Position numbers and translations under genes: made by a program
Part shown: piece by piece, positions 47,417 to 59,893 of the stretch
How the letters are laid out: every line of letters begins with the position of its first letter
How positions within the stretch are numbered: position 1 is the stretch's first letter
From: Takakia lepidozioides
Taxonomy: Eukaryota; Plantae; Bryophyta
Direction: 5' to 3'
NCBI GenBank assembly: GCA_030704615.1
Contig: CM060731.1
Location: 83,452,001-83,516,000, forward strand
DNA: 64,000 bases
Notes under the pieces: generated by a model
Seen by the model: only the letters and a program-made list of their open reading frames with translations
What the model was told of the DNA's origin: nothing
Databases searched by the model: none

Positions 47417-48059
47417 CAGCGTGCCGGGCTCGTCGTCACTCTGTCATTCCCAAAATCGTCAGAACCAACATCGGTGCCAAAACCAGCATCGCAACGAGCA
47501 GCGCAACCACCATAGCAACAATCGTGGAACAACAATGAAAACAAAACAAAGTTTAGGAAGTACGGAGTGCCATGGAACAACAATGAAAACAAATCCAACC
47601 AATGCCTAAGAATGACATGCTTCCAGCGATGCCAGGATGAAGATGCAAAAACAAAGCGAAACAACAAAGCGAAAGCGAAAGCAAAAACGAAAGCAAAAAC
47701 GAACAAAGCGAAAGCAGAAGTGGCTTGCCTGAGAGTACTCGACTTCAGTTGGTGTGGGTTGTGAGCAAGACACTGGAATCTCCTGCTGGAGCTTAAGTTT
47801 GGCCATGCGAGAGATTGGCCGTCGTCCGTAGTACAAAGCTTTCAACTTCCGCCGCGGTCTGGATGTGAGGTCTCTCTCAGGAGAGCCACGCACTTCAGGC
47901 GGCATAAGTCCCTGCCAAAATGGAAAAAGATCTCAGTTTTTTGGGGTACATGCCTCGAATAGAAGTTAATCCAAGATTAGCATCAGATTTAGGGTATGTA
48001 TCGAGGAAGCCAGGTGTCGCCAGCCCAAATAAAAACGGACGGCGGTGGACATTTAATGC

Positions 48060-49440
48060 CCATCCGCCAGGTACGGCGGCGCGCAAAATTTCCGTCATGC
48101 AGGTAATTCGGAGAGCAGCAGGATGGAAATTCAGCGCTGAATTTCCATCGTGCCAGGTAGGGCGTCACGCGGAATTTCCGTCACGCAGGTAATTCGGAGT
48201 CGGATGGATGGAAATCCGGCGCCGGATTTCCATCTTGCCAGGTAGGGCGGCGCGCGAAATTTCCGCCACGCAGGTAATTCGGAGCCGGATGGATGGAAAT
48301 CCGGCGCCGAAATTCCATCCGGCAGGTAGGGCGGCGCGCAAAATTTGCGTCATGCAGGTAATTCGGTTAGGATCAGGATAAAAATTCGGCGCCGAATTTC
48401 CATCCTGCAGGTAATTCCAAGCCCGTATGGATGGAAATTCGGCGCCGAATTTCCATTCTCCAGGTAAGTCGAAGCGCCGAATTACCTTCCTGTAGGTAAT
48501 TCTGAGCGTGGCCGCTTGGTTTTTCGAAGAAAAACAAAGTAAACTGTTAGTTTTTTTTGCTGAAGTCCACTTTTAGACACGTTTTTCATGGAATCCTTGA
48601 CTGCTAGAGGGAAATCCGAACGGCCTCGGACGGAAATTCGGCGCCGTTTTTCCATCCTGGGAGGTTTTTATATCGTCCAGTTTTGGGCCTCACCACCCGA
48701 CCGGACTTCCTTTGAGGGGGCCCGGATGGAAATTCGGCGGCGAATTTCCATCCGGAGGATGGTCTCTGTCGAACAGGTGCCGGCCTCTACGCCCGAGGCG
48801 ACTTCGTCCGGGCGTCACCTGTTGGATATTCGGTGCCGAATTTCCGTCCAGGGGTTGAAATGTGACGGCCAGGTGCCGGCCTCTCCCCCCTCCCCGACTG
48901 CATCGGAACGGCCCCGGATGGAAATTCGGTGCCGTTTTCCCATCTGGGGAGGTTTTTATTTCGGCCAGTTTTCGGCCTGCCCCCCCGACATGACTTCGTT
49001 TGGGGGGGCCCGGATGGAAATTCGGCGCCAAATCTCCATCCAAGGGATGCTCTCTGTCCCGAGGCGACTTCATCCGGGCTTCCACTGTTGGATATTCGGT
49101 GCCGAATTTCCGTCCGGGGGTTGTAATGTGAAGGCCCGGTGTCGGCCTTTCCCCCGAGCCGACTGCATCCGAACGGCCTCGGATGGAAATTCAGCGCCGT
49201 TTTTCCATCCGGGGAGGTTTTTATGTCGGCTAGTTTTCGGCCTGACCCCCCGACACGACTTCCTTTGGGGGGATCCGAATGGAAATTCGGCGCTGAATTT
49301 CCATCCGGGGGTTGTTCTCTGTCGGACAAGTTCCGGCCTCTGTGCCCGAGGCGACTTCATACGTGCGGCCCCTGCTGGATATTCGGTGCCGAATTTTCAT
49401 CCGGGGGTAGTAATGTGACGGCACGGTGCCGGCTTCTCCC
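48060..49440. repeat. GGCGCC-palindrome array between the two divergent MULE genes
   Basis: Repeated GGATGGAAAT(T/C)CGGCGCCG(A/G)ATTTCCATC, e.g. ~48430-48456. Confidence 0.9.
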
Positions 49441-49703
49441 CTTCAGCCGACATCATCCGGACAGCCCCCCACTTTATGACTGCATACCGTTGGCAGTTAT
49501 TGCGCAAAGACCAGGGGCCGCATTCCTGAGACAAGGTTCATTATTACTCTGACTGTGGATTTTTGAGATAGTTGGCTCCCTGGATTTGGATCAGGCTTCG
49601 TCGCTCGGACAAATCGGCACCGCATTCCTTCCCATCGCTGCATCCCCTTCTACCAGGGAGCTTGCCCGCACGCCATCCTGGCAGTCTTGTGTGCACATCT
49701 CCC

Positions 49704-52700
49704 ATGGCGGAAAACCCGAGCGCTACAGTGTACTGCCCTCCTCACGAGCATATAGCTTCATTTCCGTGCAGAGGGGACATCTGCCGGGTGATGGAGAAAT
49801 ATCTGTGCGTTCGATACCACCTGAAACCGGGGTCGGTTTTTTTTAAGGAGGAAATGAAGGACTCAAACGGCGTTGTTGTCGAGAGTATTGTTGTTCTCCA
49901 CGATGATTTCGGCGATGGCAGGGAATGGCGAGTTCCACCATCGGACAGCGTCATATACAGGGTTGTCGGGGACTTCATTTGCCCGCCAAATGCACCTTCT
50001 ATCCTGCCGCCTTCCACGAAACAATCCGCGAATCAGAGAGTGGCTACCTCAAAGAGAGAAGTCCGCAACGAAGTAAATCCAGAGCCGAACCCATCCATGA
50101 AGACGAGCGAGAACCGGGTTGTTCACAACCTGTCCGACTCAGACGAGGTCATGGAAGTTCCGAGGTCGTCCTAGAGATCAGGCAAGTCCTCAATGGACGT
50201 CAGTGGACGAGGGAGTCATATTCCCAGCACGAGCACCGCAGTTCGATCTATTCTTGAAATTCTCCAAGGGCTTCACATGGAGGGACACCGCTCAGAGCTG
50301 GCCGGGCTGGACTACAGCAAGTTTGTTTGCAATTAAATCGGTTACATGCCTTCCCGCAGACGGTAATATGTTCTTTGAGTTCCCTCCTCGGATGGACTAC
50401 TCGGGGCGTCCGGAATATTGACAGATATGGATAGAAAACATGATGGTCATCCTTGGTGCGTCACCAAAACCACCAGCATGAAGATGCTCGATGGTGTGCG
50501 GGTGCGCTACGTTGTTTGTGCGGGCGCGTTGCGGTGTTTCTCCCCAACTTGCTTCCATTTTAAATCCAGAGGTCACAGGAACGAGACCGATTGGACAGGC
50601 ACAGCTCATCAACCATTTCGAGCTCAGGAGAAGGTTCCGAACTCCACATTTAAGTGTGCACATTGCAAAGAACCACCACATTGCATGTATGTTTGTAATG
50701 CCAAGCAGTTCTACGTGTTGCACCGTTTCCCTGACCTCACCCGAGCTTGCATACACGTTGGTTCCCATTGTCACAAATTGGCGAGGGGGAACTCGCGGGA
50801 GGCTGCCCACGAGGCAGAGCAGCTCGTTCAGGAGGAGGTTAAGTTGAGACCGGGTGCCAAACCCAAACAGATACAGCTCCAAGCTGCCCATAAGATGGCA
50901 TTGGCCAGAATTATGTCGGAAGACGGCTCCGATAGAGTTCCTCTCGATGAGAAGGAAATGGAGGCATTGCTGGAGTCGGTGTCCCACGTATGTTCACCGA
51001 ATGTCCAAAACCACATTGTCTCATGCAAACAGAAAATTGGGCGTGGTTCGGATATGCACTCCATTCTGGAGGTGAAGCGACGATGTGGATATGACTACAT
51101 TCATGGAAGTAGGTTTCCAGGACAAGGGATTGAGGCAGATCGTTGTTTCGTATTCAAAATGTCCACGTGTGGACCTGGCAGCGGCATCGAACTGGTCGAT
51201 AGGATGACGAGTGGGGACTTGTCAAACAGTTGGGTCATGTTCGACCATATCAAGCGAATTACAAATCACCAGTGGGTGACAATGGGTGCACATGTCTACG
51301 ACACCCACTGCAGGATGCTAATGACAATTGCTATTTGTGAGATGAAAGGAGAGGACACACAATCGGAGATGCTTCTTTGGCAGGGAATAAACGAGCAGAT
51401 GGCCAAGGCGGGATTGCCCCCCTCCCAATTTCCATGGTTTCATGGCGGACAACGCACAAGCAAATTGGGCTACCATCCGAAGGGTGTACAGGCAAGACCC
51501 CAATGTTCCCATGGAAGGCAAGGAGAGATCTTGTGGGTTCCATTTTCTGCAGAGCCTTTCGCAGTACACAACCAGGCTCGTGGCGCCAGATTTCAGAGAG
51601 GAGCACCGTTCCATGTGTCTTGCGTGGAAGCGCGCTCCCACCTTGGATGATGCAGAGACACAGTTTGCATGTATACGGGCTTGGTGGACATCGTCAGGTG
51701 CTGTAAGGAAATCAGACGAGGGAGCAATGGTCAGTTGGCTAGCATGGTGGCATTATCGTTTCCTCCAGTTCGGCGACTATATGCGGGAGGTGAGTTGTAC
51801 GAATTCGCTTCCCGTTGAATATTACTCTTGGCATTATTTGTAACTTGCTTGTAACCTCAACATGTGCTTGTGCAGGAAATGTGTCACGACTCCGACACCG
51901 ACATGCCCGCGACAATCATGGCCGAATCAGTGCATTCTTCCTGGCGTGCCTCCTTTGCGGCGCATCTGGTGGACATCCTCACTGCCACAACGGAGGACAT
52001 TGTCAGGTCAATTATGCAGCAATGCAGGTACAACGAGTTCTTGAAAGGGAAACAGTGGGGCTTGGGGCCGGACAGGCAGGAAATGCTGATGCGGACTGCC
52101 TCCAGATCAAAGAATCCTTGGAAGTGGGCGGCGGCCTTGCGAGAGGGCCTTCGGGACACGCCATTGCTTCGAAGAGGCCAACATTTGGAAGGAGATGTTC
52201 ATACCCGTCCAGTGAGATGAAGACTTGACGAGGCACCTGGCGGGGAAGAGGATTCATGGCGAGCTGACAAGAATATTCACACGCTCCCTTGTGGTCCCGT
52301 GATGTTGCCCAAGGAGGTCTCGTCGAGCACCGCAAGTCCTGCACGTTCAAGATCGCCATCTCCTTTGAGCACAGGGCACGTGCCCGAGGAACATAACGAG
52401 CCATCTGTGGTAACGCAGTACAACATACCCATTGTGGAGACAAGAGTGTCGGAGTCACAGTGGATAATTGCAAGGACATTGCCGGCATTTCAAGGGAAGT
52501 GCTGCGCCATTCGGGTGGATACGAGAGCACGCTGTGGTGAGATGATTCGGAGGAACCCACACGGTGCTGTACCTGCACCTTGTTTCAGCGGCAGATTTTT
52601 GACTCCCACATTTGCTCACGCCACAACGCAGACGTTTTGGTTCTGTAGGCACGACATAATGACCTGTGTATTTGGCAAGCCCAAGTACGGGATTCAGGGA

Positions 52701-53256
52701 ATGCCGGAGCCTCCGGGCGTCTGGCCTGTTGCACCGGGTTGCAGCCTCTCTCAGAATGAGGCGGATGCTCTATCTGCAGCAGGATTTTGAATGGTGCAAC
52801 GCACAGACGTCCCGGCCCACGCATTTCCAGTTCCTCAGACACAACCATCGGTCCAGTAGAGACGGATTGGACAATTATGCACATCCCACAATGCGATTCG
52901 GAAGAGTGAAGAGACGACACCCTCCCAACAAGTTGAATGAGACTCGGATTGCCAATGCTCTTGGGATGGCTTGCACTATTCAGAGCTCCGTGGACGTACC
53001 TCCACCCGGCCTTGGGCGTGTTTATCGGATGGCAACTGCCGGCTCGGCTGTACGCGAAGATGTATACACAATTACGATTGGAGTGGAGCCGACTTGCAAT
53101 TGTACGGACCTCTCGTTGATGGAAGCAAAGAAGGGTTCAAAGTATTATCCGTGCAAGCATCTGTATTACATTTACCTGAAGAGGTTGAGGATGAACGTGA
53201 CTATTGATGACTTTATTCATGCACCGGCGTTGAGCGTGAACGAAACTCCTCCTTAG
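49704..53256 (+). pseudogene. MULE transposase (GCM-like Zn region, DDE with CxxH, C-terminal SWIM finger); intron ~51790-51875; several stops and frameshifts
   Basis: WVMFDH, FMADNAQA, SCGFHFLQ, MAESVHSSW, PTCNC..YPCKHLYYIY. TAG at 50172 is TGG in copy A. Confidence 0.9.
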
Positions 53257-53424
53257 GGATTCCAGAAATCATTGATGGGGCAAAAGGAATCCTCCATATG
53301 GATATTTTCAATTGCATTTTCATGGATCAGACTTTTTTTTGCAGTGTAATGAAATGCACCCCAAAACTCCTGGAATGAGGCAATATTCCATTCAAACTGA
53401 GATCCAACAGAAGCAGTTGTGGGG

Positions 53425-53830
53425 CCATTTCTGGAAAAATGGCGCCGAATTTCTCTATTTTGGGCCGAAAACTGGCTAAGTCCCAACAAGCACTGGTACC
53501 CCTGTGTCTGGAAAAATGGCGCCGAATTTCCCTATTTTGGGCCGAAAACTGGCTAAGTCCGAACATGCTCAGGAACGATGTCTAGAAAAATGGCGCCAAA
53601 TTTCCAGTTACATGGCCCATAACTGCCCAACATCTGTGCAATCCCCGGCACCATGTACCGAAATTCGGTGCGACATTTCCAAATTTTGGGCTTACACACC
53701 TGTCATGAGGGGACCTATAGCCGCGGAATTCGGCACCATTTTTCGCTAGAGAGATCTATTACCGCGAAATACGTCGCGGTTTTTTCCGGTTACAGATCAT
53801 ATTACCGCGAAATTCGGCGCCATTTTTGCA
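53425..53830. repeat. Subterminal GGCGCC-palindrome repeats of the MULE
   Basis: GGAAAAATGGCGCCGAATTTC units. Homologous to 2570-2750 in copy A. Confidence 0.8.
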
Positions 53831-56059
53831 CATGTCGCTGGGAATTGGCATGAGCGGAAGACGAAATATCATGAGCACAACTCTCAAAACTACAATTTCC
53901 CCTTCAAGGTGCCGAATAATATATTTGTTTTCTCTGACACATTGCATTAAATTAATGTTTTATAATGTTTTTTATTTTCGAAATTTGTACTTCTGCTCAT
54001 GAAAACCGATTGTCTTGCTACTCCGCTCATGCCGCTCATGCCGCTCATGCTCATGAAATAGCTAACCTCCCATGAAGACTTACATGTACATTGAAAACTA
54101 GATAATGAGGACCATCCAGTATAAGCAATCACTCAAAGTGTAGATTTTTTTTGGTAGCATAAGAATATCTGCCACTGTGGCAGGGGGTTGATATTTGGGG
54201 GTTGCCTTTGAAGGCGCCATAGTTGGTGCACTGTCGGTGGCAATATCAAGAGTGGCTTTCTCAGCCTGTAAACATCACGCCCAACACCCCTTAGCAGTTA
54301 CATTTAGCAATGCATCTACTAATAGTTTGAAGTACGCAACATGTAAATGGCCACATTGTACAGAACTGATAGCCAACAGGTGCATGCATGCTCACCTCTA
54401 GTACGGAAACTGGTGCATGGAGAGGTGCCTCCTGAAGGCCCACCTGACTCTTACTCCCGCTAGAACTTGGTGTTATGTCACCATTTGCATCAGTCAAGGA
54501 CTTTGTGCCTTTGGCAGCAGTGGCTCTGGTTACACACTCTCCTTTTCGCATGTACTTCTTCTCAGCTCCTTTCACGATGACTGGGGTAGGGTCCTCTGCT
54601 TTAGTCCCCTTCTACATGCCAACAAAACAACAAGGTATAGTACATGAGTACGTCTTACCATACCTGATGCATAGAATTCATGGCACACACCAATAAATAG
54701 ATCATTCATGAAATGTTTTCAGAGTCAAAAACAGAAAGCCCAAGGATAAAGTTCAAATCACCAAGATAAAGTCTTTGAGGGTGTACCTCTTTCTGTGGGG
54801 AAGTTGGCTTCACATGCTGATCTGCCAACCCCCTATTGTCACCCTTACCAGCACTCTCGGTGGAGCAGACGTCCTCACCAGCAGCCAATATTGTTGTCCC
54901 GCTAGCTCCACCTCCCTTCTTACGTGGCAATTTATCAGGAATTCCCTTGCGCCCCAATTTTACTTGGGTCGCCACAAGGTCCTCAATGGCAGACGACTTT
55001 GGCTTTTCCCCAACCTCAAGAGGTTCTCCCTGCACCCAAACAAAACATACCAAAGCAGTAAACTTCAAAGTCAACTAACACTGAATGGATGACAACCACA
55101 AAAATAAGTTGGGGTGAAGGTGCACAAACCACCTTCTCCGTAGCAAGGTTCAATAACAGTACATATTGGGATAGTAGTTGGAGGAGGGGCGGTTGCTGAC
55201 ATTCCCAACATCATTGCCATCAATGCATCCAGTTGCAGCCTAACACAAGCCCCTCCACCCCACAAAGTTAGCAATTATGGAAAATAAGGTCAACCGGGCA
55301 ACGAGCAAGGTCGGCAGTTTGTGAACACATACAAACCTTGGTCCAACGTGCCAAAAAAAGTTTGGTATCCAATGGCGTGAATGCATGGAATGTCATGCTC
55401 TGGCGCCCTAGCAATGTCCCACATCCATTCAGTATAAAACCCTAACACATGTTCTAACCCTTTGAAATTTAATCCATGGGTCAAGCCATACATAGTCCAA
55501 TTCGTAAGCCATTCATCTTTCTAACAAGGTTTCCAGGTCATTCACATTTAGGAAAGAACCTTGGTTTGATATATAACATTTACCACCATATATACAGATT
55601 GTAACTCATCACAAAAGCAGATTGCAGGTCTAGAGATAAATCTCCGGAACCAGGCTCAAAGCATATCAGGTTCAAAATGAAACAATCAGCCACTCATGCC
55701 TTAAGTTCATGAAGTTTTTGCCTCGGTTGTCCCACCATTGACTGGGGTAAGAAAAGTATTTATTCCACAGCTTCTCATCATCTCAGTTGTTACATGTTTA
55801 TGGATACTTCCCTGTTGTCACATTGGCAGTACCATGTCAAAGTCGCTCCAAACTATCAAAGGCTCACTCAACCAGCTACCTTGCAGAATTCAACATGAAA
55901 ATTTAGGGCCGATTCTGATAAGAGGGAAAAACAGGGTGAAATGTGTTGAAGAAGGTGCCTTCATTACTAGTGCTTGAGTTTATCATTGTGCCGCTGCTGT
56001 TGCGGCTTCTAGTTGACCATCTACCCATGCAGGTTTCTTGTAGCTATTGATCCATCTGG

Positions 56060-58775
56060 TACATTTCCAGCTTTGGTGATGCAACCATGCACCTCCGATG
56101 CCCTTTTCCAGGGCTGCCAGGCTTGCACACGCACTGCAAACGCACACAAACATGATGTGGTCGAACTTCACCCCTTCCCCCATCATTTGCTTTCAGGTCT
56201 CCAAAGTCCCATACAACGCCCCTGCTCTGCACACCTTGCAAGCATCACATTCCACAACACCACATCTCATTCAGCCATAGTGTTGAACACTCCCTTGGCA
56301 TCCTCAATGCTACCATATTTGGCATACATGGCCACCAGAGCAGTGTTCAGGATGACATCTGGAACAATTGCAGATTTGATTATGTCACCAGGGATCTCTT
56401 GGCCCGGCCTTTTCCAGGGCTGCCAGACACAGTGCAAACACACACAAACCTTATATCGGCGGGCTTCACCCCTTCCCCCATCATTTGCTCATAGGTTGGA
56501 GCCTCCATCCTGCACCCCTGCTGTGCATACCCCGCAAGCATCGCACTCCACGACACCACATCTCGTTCAGCCATAGTATCGAACACTCCCTTTGCATCCT
56601 AGATGCACCTACATTTTGCAAACATGTTCACCAGGGTTTTGTTCAGAATGACATCTGGTACAATTCCAACTCTGAAGATGTCGCCATGGACCTCTTTCCC
56701 CTAAGCTGCCAGGGCAGTGTTCAGATTGACATTTGGCACAATTCCAGCTTTGATGATATCCCCATGCACCTCTTGCCCTTCTCCAGGCCGGCTGCCAGGC
56801 TTGCACAAGCATTGCAAATGCACACAAACATGATGTGCTTCCCCCATCATTTGCTCATAGCTCTCCAAAGCCTCCATTCCACGTCCCTGCCGTGCATACC
56901 CTGCAAGCATCGCACTCCACGACACCACATCTCGTTCAGCCATAGTGTCGAACACTCATCCTAGATGCACCCACATTTTGCAAACATGTTCACCAGGGTA
57001 TTGTTCAGAATGACATCTGGTACAATTCCAACTCTGAAGATGTCGCCATGGACCTCTTTCCCCTTTTCCAAAGCTGCTAGGGCAGTGTTCAAATTGACAT
57101 TTGGCACAATTCCAGATTTGATGATATCCCCATGCACCTCTTCCCCTTCTCCAGGGCTGCCAGGCTTGCACAAGCATTGCAAATGCACACAAACATGATG
57201 TGCTTCCCCATCCTTTGCTCATAGGTCTCCAAAGCCTCCATCCCACGTCCCTGCCGTGCATACCTTGCAAGCATCGCACTCCACGACACCACATCTTATT
57301 CAGCCATAGTGTCGAACACTCCCTTTGCATCCACATTTTGCAAACATGTCCACCAGGGTATGGTTCAAAATGACATTTGGTACAATTCCAGCTCTGAAGA
57401 TGTCACCATGGACCTCTTTCCCCTTTTTCCAGAGCTGCCAGGGCAGTGTTCATAATGACATTTGGTACAATTCCAGCTTTGATGATACCCCATGCACCGC
57501 TTTGCCCTTGTCCAGGCTCGATGCACCCACATTTTGCATAAATGTCCACCAGGGTATGGTTCAGAATGACATTTGGTACAATTCCAGCTCTGAAGATGTC
57601 GCCATGGACCTCTTTCCCCTTTTTTCCAGAGCTGCCAGGGCAGTGTTCATAATGACATTTGGTACAATTCCAGCTTTGATGATACCCCATGCACCTCTTT
57701 GCCCTCGTCCAGGCTCGATGCACCCACATTTCGCATACATGTCCACCAGGGTATGGTTCAGACTGACATTTGGTACAATTCCAGCTCTGAAGATGTCGCC
57801 ATGGACCTCTTTCCCCTTTTCTAGAGTTGCCAGGGCAGTGTTCAGATTCACATTTGGTATAATTCCAGCTTTGATGATATCCCCATGCACCTCTTTGCCC
57901 TTCTCCAGGCCGGCTGCCAGGCTTGCACAAGCATTGCAAATGCACACAAACATGATGTGCTTCCCCCATCATTTGCTCATAGCTCTCCAAAGCCTCCATT
58001 CCACATCCCTGCTGTGCATACCCTGCAAGCACAACATATCGCACTCCACGACACCACATGTCGTTCAGCCATAGTGTCGAACACTCCCTTTGCTTCCTAG
58101 ATGCACCCACATTTTGCAAACATGTCCACTAGGGTATTGTTCAGAATGTCATCTGGTACAATTCCAGCTCTGAAGATGTCGCCATGCACCTCTTTCCCCA
58201 TTTCCAAAGCTGCCAGGGCAGTGTTCAAATTGACATTTGGCACAATTCCAGCTTTGATGATATCCCTATGCACCTCTTGCCCTTCTCCAGGGCTGCCAGG
58301 CTTGCACGCACATTGCAAATGCACACAAACATGATGTGCTTCCCCCATCATCTGCTCATAGCTCTCCAAAGCCTCCATCCCACGTCCCTGCCGTGCATAC
58401 CCTGCAAGCATCGCACTCCACGACACCACATCTCGTTCAGCCATAGTGTCAAACACTCCCTTTGCATCCTAGATGCACCCACATTTTGCAAACATGTTCA
58501 CCAGGGTATTGTTCAGAATGTCATCTGATACAATTCCAGCTCTGAAGATGACGCCATGGACCTCTTTCCCCTTTTCCAAAGCTGCCAGGGCAGTGTTCAG
58601 ATTGACATTTGGCACAATTCCAGCTTTGATGATATCCCCATGCACCTCTTGCCTTTCTCTAGGGCTGCCAGGCTTGCACAAGCATTGCAAATGCACACAA
58701 ACACGATGTGCTTCCCCCATCATTTGCTCATAGGTCTCCAAAGCCTCCATCCCACGTCCCTGTCGTGCATACCCT
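56060..58775 (-). pseudogene. Tandemly amplified, frameshifted PLS-class PPR fragment array (~370-bp units)
   Basis: Repeated MFAKCGCI*DAKGVFDTMAERDVVSWSAMLAGYARQG..GKEVHGDI with shared stops. Confidence 0.9.
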
Positions 58776-59461
58776 GGACCAAGCTGACTCTCCCAAGAAC
58801 CTTGTAAACATCAGCGAGGACTTAAAGTGCGCAGCAGCGATAGGGCTTAGTGGGGCTTAATGCTTGAGGGAAAAAAAAAACATCGCATTGGTCCATGAGA
58901 ACCACCATGGTGCAGCTAAGCGAGCAGAGATTGAAACACGACCTGCTAAGACCAAGCTGACTCTCCCAAGAACCTTGTAAACATCAAGAAGAATACCAAA
59001 TCATGGTACTAACAGGAGCCAAAAGCCCACATTTGCAGGATGGACAAACTTCTTCAAATCCTACATTAAGAAAAAGCCACACCTTGTGATTGCGATTGTC
59101 CCACCATCATGAAGGATCTGTAAAAAACTCATGCGAGCTCTGCTCCGTGCTGCAAATTCATGGCCGAGACTGATGAGAGGGCAAAACATGCTGAAATAGG
59201 TCGAAGAAGAAGGTGCCCTAACCACATTGTCGTCGACCTTGTGTCATGACCCATGGAGGATTTGACGGACCTCTTGTGTGTGCTGCTTGTGTCTGTAGTC
59301 AGGTAATGTCGGATTGTCCATGAGAACCACCACGGCGCAGCTAAGCGAGCAGAGATTGAAACGCGACCTGCTAAGACCAACCTGCACGAGGACTTAGTGT
59401 GCACAGCAACGATAGGGCTTAGTGGGGCTTAGTGGGGCTTAGTGCATGAGGGAAAAAAAAA

Positions 59462-59533
59462 CCAACGTGAGGAATTTGAACCCGCGACCCCGCGACACGC
59501 AGGAAGAGCCCTTACCAGTACGCTACAGCACAC
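59462..59533 (-). other. tRNA-like or SINE-head-like sequence (not a functional tRNA)
   Basis: TAGCGTACTGG A-box-like and GGTTCAAATTC B-box-like motifs at tRNA spacing. Acceptor stem does not pair. Confidence 0.45.
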
Positions 59534-59893
59534 ATTTGAAATTTACCCCCAAAAGTATGTATATATTGTACATACGTGATGGGCACCTTTTTAAGTTTTT
59601 TAACCTTTTTACAAACCCTATAAGCAAAAAAATAAAAAATAAAATAAAATTTTTAAGGGAAACCTCATGCCCTTGAGGAGGGGGAAAAATTACCCCCTTT
59701 CATTTATGGGCCATGAGATCTACAGGAGGATCAACGCCCAGACATACCGTCGTCACAAACAATCCCACACATGGGGTAATGCAGCGGGTTTGAACCCTGA
59801 ACCACCAGGGCGACACACTCTGCACTTACCAGCCGATGTGTTTTTTTTTAATCTTTTGCACTTTGATTTTTTTTTTAAATTCATTTTAGTGGT

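Larger units (their letters stand above)
41450..54069 (+). mobile_element. Mutator-like DNA transposon copy B, 12.6 kb, with two divergent genes
   Basis: TIRs GGGGGCTGCTATTTCATGAGC.. and ..GCTCATGAAATAGCTAACCTC. TSD CCATGAAG at 41442-41449 and 54070-54077. Same ends as copy A. Confidence 0.92.

Noticed and set aside
59462-59533. Functional tRNA gene
   Set aside because: A- and B-box-like motifs are present but there is no acceptor-stem pairing or clean cloverleaf.
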